From assembly GCA_045544375.1 (NCBI GenBank), contig JAZPYY010000028.1, positions 2,183-66,182 on the forward strand: DNA of 64,000 bases, written 5' to 3'. The number at the start of each line of letters is the position of its first letter. Positions within the stretch are counted from its first letter, which is position 1. The stretch comes from Shuttleworthella sp. (GTDB lineage: Bacteria > Bacillota > Clostridia > Lachnospirales > Lachnospiraceae). The position numbers and the translations under genes were made by a program. Positions 1 through 9,349 of the stretch are shown one piece after another. Below the pieces are notes generated by a model. The model ran no database searches. It worked only from the letters and a program-made list of their open reading frames with translations, and was not told the origin of the DNA.

Positions 1-326
1 GCGGAAACACGCAGCAGGACGTGCTGCGCATCGGCGGCATTGAGCTGGACGACCGGGCCAAGGCGGTGCGCTTAGACGGCGAGCCGGTGAATCTGACCCC
101 CACGGAGTACGACATCTTACGTCTTCTGATGACCCATCCGGGGCAGGTGTTCTCCCCCTCCGAGATCTACAGAAGCATCTGGAACGAGGAACCCATCGGC
201 ACGGACAATATTGTAGCCGTTCACATCCGGCACATGCGGGAAAAACTGGAATACAACCCGGCCGATCCGCGGTATCTGCGGGTGGTCTGGGGACACGGAT
301 ACAAGATCGAAGGACCGGCCTCCTAA
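1..326 (+). CDS. OmpR/PhoB-family response regulator, C-terminal winged-helix domain (5' end lies outside the window)
   Basis: The frame is open from the window edge. LTPTEYDILRLL...VAVHIRHMREKLE...YLRVVWGHGYK matches the Trans_reg_C signature. A histidine kinase gene follows 110 nt downstream. Confidence 0.85.
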   Translation, partial: GNTQQDVLRIGGIELDDRAKAVRLDGEPVNLTPTEYDILRLLMTHPGQVFSPSEIYRSIWNEEPIGTDNIVAVHIRHMREKLEYNPADPRYLRVVWGHGYKIEGPAS

Positions 327-328
327 GG

Positions 329-355
329 TGACAAAAGTGCCTGTCCCTTTTGTCA
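329..355. repeat. Hairpin module A copy (TGACAAAAG-TGCCTGTCC-CTTTTGTCA) in the regulator-kinase intercistronic gap
   Basis: The arms are 9 bp and perfect. 24 nt (AAGTGCCTGTCCCTTTTGTCATCC) are identical to 32680-32703. Confidence 0.75.
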
Positions 356-435
356 TCCAAGCTGCTTTCTGCATAGAACATGTGCACAGAAAACCCCATC
401 GTCTTTTAATGGAAACCACATTATCGGAGGTCCAT

Positions 436-2805
436 ATGACTGCATCATCTGAAGTAAAAAAGCACTGGTATCACACCGGCACAGCCAAATTTTTAAGCAT
501 TCTTCTGTGCACGGTTTTTGGTATTCTTCTGTTCTGCTCTGTCATCGGCATCGGCCTGATTATGGAAATGGATCTGTTCTCCACAGACAAGGCCGAAATT
601 GAGCAGCAGGGATTTGATATCGTAGGCCGAAACTACGCCTATGAGATTCTGGAAACCTGCACGACGAATGATGAAAACCTGCAGAAGGCCTTGGGGGATC
701 CTGAGGTGATCATCCGGGAAGGCGCCCTGGCAGAGATTGCAGGCACATCTTCAGCAGAAAACACCGGGGATCCGGCTGAGACTGAAAGCGCTCCTGCGGA
801 TGGAGATACCGCAAATCCCAAAACAGAGGAAGATTCCTCCCTCGCGGTTACGGACGCCGCTCCCTCTTCCGAGGTTCTTTCCACCCTCTCCTCCTATGGC
901 GAATCCCCGCTGGAATTCGGGATCCTTCGTTTTTCCATTCCCATGACGGAAGAAACCCGCTATTACAACATCATGCCGGATATCAGCGAGCTGGATCTTG
1001 CCGAAGATGCACTGTACCTGTATAAATCGGCACATTACATCCCCTCATCAAAAGATGACGTCATCTTCGCCCCGGCGAACTCCTGGTTTATGTACAGCAC
1101 CGGTTCCGCGGCCTCCATGCTGATCCGCGGAAGCTACCCCTCCTATATGCCGTCCGATCATTCTGAGTATTATACCGGCAAGGTCGGCGAGCTGCGCACC
1201 TGGTACGGCATTCTTTATCACGTGGATACCGCCGCGGCAGACAGCGCCGGCGCCCTTATTTCCGCAGCCTCCACTTCCACCGGCCGCCGGATGACCGAAG
1301 CTTTTTATGACATGGACATGCTGATGGGACTGCTGGCCAACTATGTGCGGTTTTCCATTGCCCTGCTGGCCGCCTCCATCGCCGGATTCGTGCTGTCCTA
1401 CATTCTGTGTCTGACCGCCGCCGGCCATCGCAGGGGTACAGCCGAAGTGCACCGGCGGCTTTGGGACCGGATTCCCTACGAAATTGCCATGGCTGCCGCG
1501 GGAGGGGGAATCGTGGGTCTGCTGGCCTTGGGGTACAGCGCCGCTGAAAGCATTCTGCGCTATCGCGCGGACAGTTCCAACATGAGTCTGATCTATCTGG
1601 CCCAGATTCTGCTGCTTCTGGCTGTTCTGTGCATGCTTTTCGGGCTGGCGGCTTCCATGACCACCGCCGTGCGCATCAAAAGCCGCACCTTCTGGCGCAC
1701 CACCCTGATGCACTGGATTGTAAAGCCCATTGTCTGGCTGTGGAAGAAATTTCTTGCCGCCCTGCGCGCCACAGGCCGGGGATTGCGTGCCTTAGGATCC
1801 GCTGCCACCCAGAATACCAGCCTGACTCTGCGGGTGATTCTGCTGCTTGTTGCCGTTACATTCATTGAACTTGCGGGAATTGCGGTAAGCAGCTACGATA
1901 CGGGATTTGAAGTAGCCCTTCTGTTTATAGCAAAATTTGTCTCCGTCCCCCTGATTCTGTGGGGTGTGATCCAGTTTGAGCGCATCCGGAAGGGCGTCCA
2001 CCGCATTACGGAAGGACAGCTGGATGTGCCGGTCAATACGGAATGGATGTATCCCGGTTTTAAAGACGTGGCCAACCACATCAACCGGGCCGGAGAAGGC
2101 ATCAAAAACGCCGTGGCCGAGCAGCTGAAAAGCGAGCGGATGAAAACCGAGCTGATCACCAACGTCTCCCACGACATCAAAACGCCCCTGACCTCCATCA
2201 TCAATTACGTGGATCTGCTGGAAAAGGAAGAAATTGACAATCCGAAAGCCGCAGAGTACATCGGCGTTTTAGACCGCCAGTCCGCCAAGTTAAAAAAGCT
2301 GATCGAAGATCTGCTGGAGGCTTCCAAGGCCGCCACGGGAAACATTGAGATGAACGTAGAACCCTGCGACCTGCATCTGGTGCTGTCTCAGGCCATGGGC
2401 GAATTTGAAGACCGGCTGTCCGCCGCAGGCTTAACCCCCGTCGTTGCCGGCCCCGAGCAGGTGTCGGTGCAGGCAGATGCCCGCTATCTGTGGCGGGTCT
2501 TTGACAACCTGCTGGGAAATGTGTGCAAGTACGCCATGCCAGGTACCCGGCTGTACATCGACCTGAAAGAGAAAACGGATACGCTGGAGCTGACATTTAA
2601 AAACATCAGCTCCTCACCTTTAAACATCACCGGCGAAGAGCTGATGGAACGTTTTGTGCAGGGCGACCGCTCCAGAAACACGGAAGGAAGCGGCCTGGGG
2701 CTTTCCATCTCAAACAGCTTAGTCAGTCTCATGGGCGGACAGATGCAGGTGGACTGCGACGGAGACCTGTTTAAGGTAACCCTTACGTTTGCTAAGGCAG
2801 CATGA
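436..2805 (+). CDS. Sensor histidine kinase with multiple TM segments and a large acidic N-terminal extracytoplasmic region
   Basis: H-box SHDIKTPLTSIINY, N-box DNLLGNVCKYA and G-box GSGLGLSI are present. ATG 436 follows GGAGG at 427-431. The ORF-track start at 328 (GTG) lies inside the hairpin repeat and is unlikely. Confidence 0.9.
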   Translation: MTASSEVKKHWYHTGTAKFLSILLCTVFGILLFCSVIGIGLIMEMDLFSTDKAEIEQQGFDIVGRNYAYEILETCTTNDENLQKALGDPEVIIREGALAEIAGTSSAENTGDPAETESAPADGDTANPKTEEDSSLAVTDAAPSSEVLSTLSSYGESPLEFGILRFSIPMTEETRYYNIMPDISELDLAEDALYLYKSAHYIPSSKDDVIFAPANSWFMYSTGSAASMLIRGSYPSYMPSDHSEYYTGKVGELRTWYGILYHVDTAAADSAGALISAASTSTGRRMTEAFYDMDMLMGLLANYVRFSIALLAASIAGFVLSYILCLTAAGHRRGTAEVHRRLWDRIPYEIAMAAAGGGIVGLLALGYSAAESILRYRADSSNMSLIYLAQILLLLAVLCMLFGLAASMTTAVRIKSRTFWRTTLMHWIVKPIVWLWKKFLAALRATGRGLRALGSAATQNTSLTLRVILLLVAVTFIELAGIAVSSYDTGFEVALLFIAKFVSVPLILWGVIQFERIRKGVHRITEGQLDVPVNTEWMYPGFKDVANHINRAGEGIKNAVAEQLKSERMKTELITNVSHDIKTPLTSIINYVDLLEKEEIDNPKAAEYIGVLDRQSAKLKKLIEDLLEASKAATGNIEMNVEPCDLHLVLSQAMGEFEDRLSAAGLTPVVAGPEQVSVQADARYLWRVFDNLLGNVCKYAMPGTRLYIDLKEKTDTLELTFKNISSSPLNITGEELMERFVQGDRSRNTEGSGLGLSISNSLVSLMGGQMQVDCDGDLFKVTLTFAKAA

Positions 2806-2836
2806 TCCTATGATCGCTGCAAGTCACGCCCCGAAG

Positions 2837-2886
2837 TCTCTTCTCCACCGTCACGCCAGCGTGACGTGGAGGAGAGATTATTTTTG
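2837..2886 (+). terminator. Rho-independent terminator of the kinase gene (also hairpin module C, copy 1)
   Basis: TCTCTTCTCCACCGTCACG-CCAG-CGTGACGTGGAGGAGAGA is followed by TTATTTTT. Confidence 0.7.
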
Positions 2887-3012
2887 CACTGAAATCGTCC
2901 TATTGAAAAGTTGACGGTTTCCGTTACAATACAAGGGAAATGCATGAAAATCGATACCCTTTGATGCGATTAAGAATAGCGCATCAAGGCCTATTTTGAG
3001 GGAGGCTGATTT

Positions 3013-3684
3013 ATGCTGATTCAGCTGGAAAACCAGATTCTTTTTTACGAAAAAACCGGTACGGGCGCTCCTGTGATTCTTCTTCACGGCAACGGCGGAT
3101 CCCACGGCGACTTCGACGTGCTCGCAGCGGATCTGGAACTGGATTATACCGTCTATGCCATAGACTCCCGGGGGCACGGACAGTCCGCTCCGGTGAAGGA
3201 ATATCACTACAGGGATATGGCAGATGACGTGCTGCGTTTTATCCATGCACTGAAGATCGACAAACCCATGATTTACGGTTATTCCGATGGAGCCATCGTA
3301 GCCATCATGGCAGCCATAAAAGAACCGGATCTGTTTTCCGCCCTGATGCTCTCCGGTGCAAACCTGTCCTTTTCCGGTCTTACCTGGGGCGCGCGCCGGG
3401 AGATCAAAAAACATTACCGCAAAACAGCCAGCCCCCTGGATGCCTTAATGATCAACGAACCCAACCTGAAGCCGGAGGATCTGTCGGTCATCACCTGTCC
3501 GGCTCTGGTTTTAGCCGGAAGTGACGATCTGATTACCGAAAAAGAAACGCGGCGGATTGCCGCCGCGCTTTCGAACAGTACATTGCAGATTCTGCCGGGA
3601 GAAGACCACGGCAGTTACGTGGTGCATTCCCAGAAACTGGGAGCCATTCTCCGGCCGTTTATGGAAACGCATTTGCCGGGATAA
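3013..3684 (+). CDS. Alpha/beta-fold hydrolase
   Basis: VILLHGNGGSHGDF (oxyanion region), nucleophile elbow GYSDGA and C-terminal GEDHG are present. RGGAGG-like RBS GAGGGAGG lies upstream. Confidence 0.8.
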   Translation: MLIQLENQILFYEKTGTGAPVILLHGNGGSHGDFDVLAADLELDYTVYAIDSRGHGQSAPVKEYHYRDMADDVLRFIHALKIDKPMIYGYSDGAIVAIMAAIKEPDLFSALMLSGANLSFSGLTWGARREIKKHYRKTASPLDALMINEPNLKPEDLSVITCPALVLAGSDDLITEKETRRIAAALSNSTLQILPGEDHGSYVVHSQKLGAILRPFMETHLPG

Positions 3685-3705
3685 AGCTGCATGCGCTGAA
3701 GGTTC

Positions 3706-5553
3706 CTATTCTACGTTTTCCTCCGTCACAGTAAAGGTGCGGTCATCGATCCGGATTCCGGCCACATCCGCGAGCCGAATCCCCCGGGACATGCGCACGG
3801 TCATATAGGCGTGATCTCCATACAGATATTCGTTACCGCCCCATAGAATGCTCTCATTTCCCGAATCTGCCATTTCTTCCTTGCTGTAACCGGTTTCCGT
3901 TCCGTCCGGATGCAGAATGTAAATATCATGCGCCGGATACTGTCCCTTGGGAATATCGTGGATGGAGCCGATGGTATAGTCGTCAATCCAGATGGAAAAT
4001 GGCGAAACCGTGATGTTTCTGAAGTCCTCATCTCCCGGGATGGAGATCGTCCCGCAGGGCTGTACCTGAATCTCAAATTCCTGTTTCCCAATCGTTACCG
4101 GAAAGGCCGATGTGGTCACTTCGCTCTTCGCTGTTATCAGGTAGTATTTTTCCTCTGTGTTCTCCAATGCCACCGGCTCTGAAGTCGATGAGGAAATGAA
4201 CAGTCTTTCAATCGGGATCTGCGGGGTAACGGCCGAACCCCTGACGCTGACACCGGCAATAAACCAGTGTCCGTCATAAAACACCTGGTGCACAGACAGG
4301 TTCACCTGTTCTTTTTCATATATCTGTAAGGTCGAATCGATATATGGTTCGATGCAGTCATACAGTTCCGGAGGACAATCTTCTGCGATTATATTGATCT
4401 CTGCTTCTTCCGCCACTGTCGATTCTTCATCGGAAATGTCATCGACCGCAGGATCTTCTGCCGTTATCGAACCGTTCTCTTCCTCTGCGCTCTCTTTTAC
4501 CGGCGCAGTTGCAACGCACGCAGTTGCTGTCACGCAGATCGCCATGCAAAGGGCAGATACCCATAGCGCCGGTTTCCGGTAACGAATCAGGTGTACAATT
4601 CTCTCTTTTACCCCGTTTTCTCCAAATGCCAGCGGAACATTTGCCGGCAGCGTGCGGCCTGTGGAAAAACGCAGCAGCGACTGGGCGTAATCCGCACGCA
4701 TGTCCGTATACATTTTCCGGGTAACCGCTTCATCACAGGACATTTCCATATCCCGTTCAGACAGCATGTACGCCAGCCAGACCAACGGGTTAAACCAGTG
4801 AATGCAAAGCGCCGTCATGGCAAGCAGACGAAACCACAGATCCCCGCGCCGAATGTGGAATCGCTCATGTTCCAGCACATAAGCATATTCTGATGGAAGC
4901 AGGGAATAAGGCAGGTAAATCCGCGGCGCAAACAACCCAAAAACAAAGGGGGTATCGATGTATCCGATTCTCCAGACGCCGTTGCCGGCGGGTACTGCAT
5001 TCTTCAGCTGATCTTTCAGCTGTACGTACTGCACCACTGACCAGAGGAAGAACAGCAGCATGCCTTCTATCCAGATCACAGCCGCCCATCCGGCCCATCC
5101 GCTTCCGATATAGGCATAAACTCCTCTTTCCGCCTTGAGAATCAGCTGCCGAAGGATTTCCGCTGCGTCGCCTGATTCCGTCGTGCTCTGCGCCGGCGAA
5201 TCACCTGTCAGCACCCCATCTTCGCCTGATTCTGCGGAGGAATCATTGCCGGCCGCAGATGCCGCTTCCGTCTCTGAGCTGCCCGATTGTGTGAAAATCT
5301 TTGAATCGGCAGAAAAATGCGATTCCTGCTCCTTCACCAGTTCAAAAACGTCTGCCGGCGTGCGGATAAAGCCCATAGGCGCTGACGGAAGAACCGGGCA
5401 AAGCAACCGTACCAGCACGGCAAGCCACAGCACATAGGAGAAGGAGCGCGGCGCCTTTTTCATCAGCTGCCGCAGCACCAGAACGACGCCGATCCCAACG
5501 CTTGCTGCCACGCTCATATTTATGACATGTAAAAAAAACTGCTGCAGCGTCAT
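3706..5553 (-). CDS. BlaR1/MecR1-like M56 peptidase signal transducer with a non-PBP C-terminal domain
   Basis: N-terminal TM helices and the zinc motif LEHERFHIRRGD (HExxH) are present. The C-terminal ~270 aa have no S-x-x-K or K-T-G motif. Confidence 0.85.
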   Translation of the reverse strand: MTLQQFFLHVINMSVAASVGIGVVLVLRQLMKKAPRSFSYVLWLAVLVRLLCPVLPSAPMGFIRTPADVFELVKEQESHFSADSKIFTQSGSSETEAASAAGNDSSAESGEDGVLTGDSPAQSTTESGDAAEILRQLILKAERGVYAYIGSGWAGWAAVIWIEGMLLFFLWSVVQYVQLKDQLKNAVPAGNGVWRIGYIDTPFVFGLFAPRIYLPYSLLPSEYAYVLEHERFHIRRGDLWFRLLAMTALCIHWFNPLVWLAYMLSERDMEMSCDEAVTRKMYTDMRADYAQSLLRFSTGRTLPANVPLAFGENGVKERIVHLIRYRKPALWVSALCMAICVTATACVATAPVKESAEEENGSITAEDPAVDDISDEESTVAEEAEINIIAEDCPPELYDCIEPYIDSTLQIYEKEQVNLSVHQVFYDGHWFIAGVSVRGSAVTPQIPIERLFISSSTSEPVALENTEEKYYLITAKSEVTTSAFPVTIGKQEFEIQVQPCGTISIPGDEDFRNITVSPFSIWIDDYTIGSIHDIPKGQYPAHDIYILHPDGTETGYSKEEMADSGNESILWGGNEYLYGDHAYMTVRMSRGIRLADVAGIRIDDRTFTVTEENVE

Positions 5554-5630
5554 CCTTTTCCCCTTTCTACCAGATCAGCCCTGTCATTTCGGATCGATGT
5601 CTTCACAGTTCACCTGACACCATCACCTGA

Positions 5631-7148
5631 TTATGCATCAGTACGTATCAGGAAATCCACCGGTCCGGTTACGAATCCAGACACAAATTCCGACGGTTCC
5701 AAAATGGAGAGGTAAACGTCAGCTTTCCAGCCTTCACCTGCATCCCCCTCCCGAACAATTCGTGGCACGATGGTGATCGTGTATATTCCCATTTTATCAT
5801 CCTGGTAAAGCAGCACCTTTTCTTCCAGCACCCGAAACCCCACCGGCAGCATCACGCTTCCCAGGCTGACCACCGGCGCGTCCATCCGGATATCGCGAAG
5901 TGTTCCGGATACCCGCAGCTGATACGTGCCGGCAGAATACTGTTCAGTGAAAACCAGTCCAAACGCCCGGTTGGTGACAAGAGATGAGGTGTACTGGGGA
6001 CACTCACCCCGTTCGATATAGTTTCTTACAGCCTGATAGATCAGGTAATTTCCTTCATCGCTGGGGTGCACTTCATCAAAGGCCAGATTTTTCGCACCCA
6101 CCACATTTGTATTGCCTTCAATCCAGGTACATCCGCAGGCCCGGCAGAGACTTTCCAGCTGTGCTGCAACCTGTTTCTGTGCCTCCCAGCGGGCATCAAT
6201 GTACACCTTTCCGAATATGCCGATGTGAATCCGCGCGTTGGGAAATGCGGTGCGGATCATACCAATACAGGTCCGAAAACCGTTATCCAGAGCCGCGGCA
6301 TCGTATGAGGAAGAATCGTTGGCGCCGAGTTCGATCAGCACGTCGCTGTAGGTTTCCTTTTCCGGAATTTCCGGAAGCCAGGTGTTCAGGTTGTTTCGAA
6401 AATACAGGCTGCTGTTCGGGATGTTTTCACTGTAGCGCATTCCGCCGTAGGAGCGATACTCAAAAGATTCTCCGTATGCCCGCTTCAGTTCCCAGGGATA
6501 GGCTTTGTCCCCCGCATGCCCAAACCAGGTAATGGAATCCCCGAATAAAAACCACCGGGGCCCGTTCCACATTTTTGCCGGTTCCTGCGGCTGGGGCAGA
6601 TCTGCCTCCGATGGCTGAGGCCGGGTTACCGGCTGGGGGATGCGCCCCGCCACGCCGGCCGCGGTGGCGTACCAGGCAATTCCTTCGTCGTTCCAGCCGT
6701 TCTCAATCAAAACACGCCGCTCATTGGCATCTGTAGTATAGTGGTGGGATGCCACTGCCCGTGCCCCCGGCATGAACAGGCGGTACACCGGCACGCGCTG
6801 CAGGGGATCGCTGTACCAGCCGATGCCTTCGTCATTCCATCCCCGTTCCAGAAGCACCCGCCGTTCGTTGGCGTCCCGGGTATACAGGTGCTCTCCGTTA
6901 TCGGGATAAAACAGCCGGAACACCGGGTCTGTGCTTTCCGTCGGGGCATACCAGGAAACGCCCTCGTAAATCCATCCCGATTCGGATAAGACATTCTTTT
7001 CGTTCCGGTCTTTTGTATGCAGATGCTCCTCAGAAGCCGGACAAAACATGCGGTACATGGCAATCTGCTCTTCTTTGGCCTGCACCGGGCAAAACGCCAG
7101 GAAAACAAAGATTAAAGTCAACAGGAAACTGCAAGTCCTACGCCGCAT
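5631..7148 (-). CDS. Secreted SGNH/GDSL hydrolase with three N-terminal ~45-aa YRLF-P..GEHLYT.D..E...L...GW.DEG.WY repeats
   Basis: Signal peptide MRRRTCSFLLTLIFVFLAFCPVQA. Block I FLFGDSITW, block III ELGANDSS and block V DEVHPS are present. The repeats resemble the Pfam DUF5648 type (recalled from memory). Confidence 0.8.
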   Translation of the reverse strand: MRRRTCSFLLTLIFVFLAFCPVQAKEEQIAMYRMFCPASEEHLHTKDRNEKNVLSESGWIYEGVSWYAPTESTDPVFRLFYPDNGEHLYTRDANERRVLLERGWNDEGIGWYSDPLQRVPVYRLFMPGARAVASHHYTTDANERRVLIENGWNDEGIAWYATAAGVAGRIPQPVTRPQPSEADLPQPQEPAKMWNGPRWFLFGDSITWFGHAGDKAYPWELKRAYGESFEYRSYGGMRYSENIPNSSLYFRNNLNTWLPEIPEKETYSDVLIELGANDSSSYDAAALDNGFRTCIGMIRTAFPNARIHIGIFGKVYIDARWEAQKQVAAQLESLCRACGCTWIEGNTNVVGAKNLAFDEVHPSDEGNYLIYQAVRNYIERGECPQYTSSLVTNRAFGLVFTEQYSAGTYQLRVSGTLRDIRMDAPVVSLGSVMLPVGFRVLEEKVLLYQDDKMGIYTITIVPRIVREGDAGEGWKADVYLSILEPSEFVSGFVTGPVDFLIRTDA

Positions 7149-7185
7149 TATAAAACTACCTTTCGTTTGGCACCTGCTGGTGTTA

Positions 7186-7560
7186 CTAATCGCATCCGTT
7201 TTCTTTTCTGGCTTCGTCGATCATGCGCTGCAACTCGTCTATTTCCCCGGGTGTCAGCTTTTTACGGCTGGCAAAGGCGGCCACAAACATGGGCAGAGAT
7301 CCGGCGAAAGTTGCATCTACAAACTGCTCGCTTTGGGCGGCGGCCAGTTCGTCTTTTGAAAGAACGGATGTGACGGTACCTCCGTTATTCGCAAACAGGC
7401 CCTTTTCCGTCAGCCTTCGAAGCACAGTATATGTTGTCGATTTTTTCCAGGACAGTTCCCTTCGGGCCAGTGAAACCAGTTCGCCGGAGGTCACCGGCTC
7501 ATGGCTCCAGATCAGTTCTGCAAAACGGTTTTCCATTTCGCCAAGACGTGTATCTATCAT
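7186..7560 (-). CDS. BlaI/MecI/CopY-family winged-helix transcriptional repressor
   Basis: MIDTRLGEMENRFAELIW...SGELV...WKKSTTYTVLRRLTEKG. ATG at 7558-7560 is preceded by GGTGGAGAAAGC. The longer ORF-track start at 7710 has no RBS. Confidence 0.85.
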   Translation of the reverse strand: MIDTRLGEMENRFAELIWSHEPVTSGELVSLARRELSWKKSTTYTVLRRLTEKGLFANNGGTVTSVLSKDELAAAQSEQFVDATFAGSLPMFVAAFASRKKLTPGEIDELQRMIDEARKENGCD

Positions 7561-7679
7561 ATGCTTTCTCCACCGTATATAGTAATTCGGCCGTCTATCC
7601 GTCTCTCCTCCACCGGCATGCACGCGTGGCGTGGAGCCGGACATTCGGCATTTGCATCTCATCCTCTGAAAAGGATCCC

Positions 7680-8597
7680 TCATAATCCCTGATCGTCGAG
7701 AATCGTCCACTCCGGTTCCCCGCCGGTGTATCTCTTTTTTTGCTGCATGCTGTGTTTGCGCAGCAGCATTCCGATCATCAGAACCGCCTCGCCGGCCCCA
7801 TAAGCGATCACTGCCGCCAGAAGGCCCCAGGGAATACCATGCAACACATGATACATCACCGGATGATAATCCGGATGTTCCGGCAACAGTATCCTGTTAT
7901 GTGATACCACGTACAGCACAACCGTAATAAACGCCGCAAGCACCGGCACCAGCAGCATCAGTTTTGAAGAGTCAAAAAACAGTGCGTTATTGCAGGCTGC
8001 AAACCGTTTTGCGCTGTCACGATAGGTATCCAGCCGCGCATAGTATTCCATGCCGCGCATGTAATCATCGTCGCCCCGTTTTGATCTCGCCACCAGTTCT
8101 GCTGCCTGATCGTATTTCTCCTGGCGGACGCGCACGCCGCTGCCTGACAGAAACACGTTCATTCCGGGAATTTCGCTAAGCCACTGCCAAAGACCGGCTG
8201 CCTCTGCTTCGAGTTGCGTCTCTGCTTTGGTCACCTCGTCTTCCGTGGCCTTTCCCCAGGTTCCCTCCGCTGCTTTTTCCGGCCCGTATGCGGTATTGTT
8301 CAGCGCGTCTGTCTTTAAAAACACCGGATGCACCGTCTGCCCGCGGCCGAAGCCGCCGCCTGCCGATACATAGCCGAAAAGCATATTTCGTTTCGGTTTT
8401 TCGCCCGACAGAGCCGCTTCATTTCCCAGATCCGTGACCAGCTGCGCATACCGCTGTACGGCTGTATAAAACGCATCGAAGCGGCTGTCTGCCTCTTTTG
8501 CTTTGTCCGGCGCCTTCTGGCGAATTTCCGTCAGAATCCGGTCGCCTTCACATTCCAGGGTGGATATGATTTTCTCAGAATCGCTTCGCTTCATCAT
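7680..8597 (-). CDS. Hypothetical protein, soluble N-terminal ~215 aa plus C-terminal TM helices (paralog 1)
   Basis: The ORF is intact at 305 aa. It shares C(E/D)..IL.E..K.APD, GG.G.FG, IPGM and DY.RGMEY..RLD blocks with 11367-12338. Confidence 0.6.
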   Translation of the reverse strand: MMKRSDSEKIISTLECEGDRILTEIRQKAPDKAKEADSRFDAFYTAVQRYAQLVTDLGNEAALSGEKPKRNMLFGYVSAGGGFGRGQTVHPVFLKTDALNNTAYGPEKAAEGTWGKATEDEVTKAETQLEAEAAGLWQWLSEIPGMNVFLSGSGVRVRQEKYDQAAELVARSKRGDDDYMRGMEYYARLDTYRDSAKRFAACNNALFFDSSKLMLLVPVLAAFITVVLYVVSHNRILLPEHPDYHPVMYHVLHGIPWGLLAAVIAYGAGEAVLMIGMLLRKHSMQQKKRYTGGEPEWTILDDQGL

Positions 8598-8674
8598 GTT
8601 ACCTCCCAGCGTGAGTTTACACCTTGTAATCTTGGTTTCAGTTTACTCTATGTAAACCGCGCTGTCAAGGGCTT

Positions 8675-9190
8675 TTATTCAAATTGCTCCAGCAATTCCA
8701 GCAGTCCCTGCGTATTCAATGTGCGTTCCTCTGCGCTCATTTCATCAAAGAGCTTTGCGTACTGCTCTTTTTCCTCTTTCGTGATCTCATAGAGCAGGGT
8801 ATTTGTCCCGTCATCCAGGCCTTCCGGCGAAACTGCAAGATAAAAGTTCTGATTTAAAGAAATAATTCCGCCGCTGGACACCTGCCCGTTTTCGACCCAT
8901 ATGTATGCAGCTGTACCACCCAATCCCTGATTATCACGAGACAGTTCTATATTACCCCTTTGACGAATCGCATCGATCCACTGCCGCAGCCGGTCAATAT
9001 CCTCTTCTTTTTCCAGTTCTTTCAGGGAATAGGACGCCAAACTGCTGCTTTTGTAAAAATATACCGTTGTGTTCTCCTGACTGTTTACCTCAGTCAGTCC
9101 ATCAGAGAACGCGTTCTTTGAAAGCACTGCCATGAGGGCAATTCCTATAATAGCGACCGCCAGAATCATGATGCGCTTTTTGCTCTTCAT
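8675..9190 (-). CDS. Hypothetical signal-anchored or secreted protein
   Basis: N-terminal MKSKKRIMILAVAIIGIALMAVLS. RBS GGAGGAAAACG lies upstream. No recognisable domain. Confidence 0.55.
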   Translation of the reverse strand: MKSKKRIMILAVAIIGIALMAVLSKNAFSDGLTEVNSQENTTVYFYKSSSLASYSLKELEKEEDIDRLRQWIDAIRQRGNIELSRDNQGLGGTAAYIWVENGQVSSGGIISLNQNFYLAVSPEGLDDGTNTLLYEITKEEKEQYAKLFDEMSAEERTLNTQGLLELLEQFE

Positions 9191-9244
9191 CGTTTTCCTC
9201 CTTCTAATGCATTTTTCGGTTTCCCATAAGCGATACTTGAAACT

Positions 9245-9275
9245 GAAAAAGCAGGACAGTTTTTTCTGTCCTGCT
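9245..9275 (-). terminator. Terminator downstream of dapB (bidirectional-looking)
   Basis: AGCAGGACAG/CTGTCCTGCT stem with an A-run on one side and a T-run on the other. Confidence 0.6.
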
Positions 9276-9349
9276 TTCTATTGCTGCATATATGCTGTTT
9301 CGTTACAAAGGAGTTTAAATCTCGTTATATTTATCCGAATTTATCCGAT

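Noticed and set aside
1048-1713. 221-aa ORF on the minus strand inside the histidine kinase gene
   Set aside because: It is an antisense shadow ORF, extremely Gly/His/Gln-rich, with no recognisable domain.
2911-2935. TTGACG ... TACAAT as the promoter for the alpha/beta hydrolase gene
   Set aside because: The spacer between the hexamers is only 8 nt, which is incompatible with a sigma-70-type promoter.
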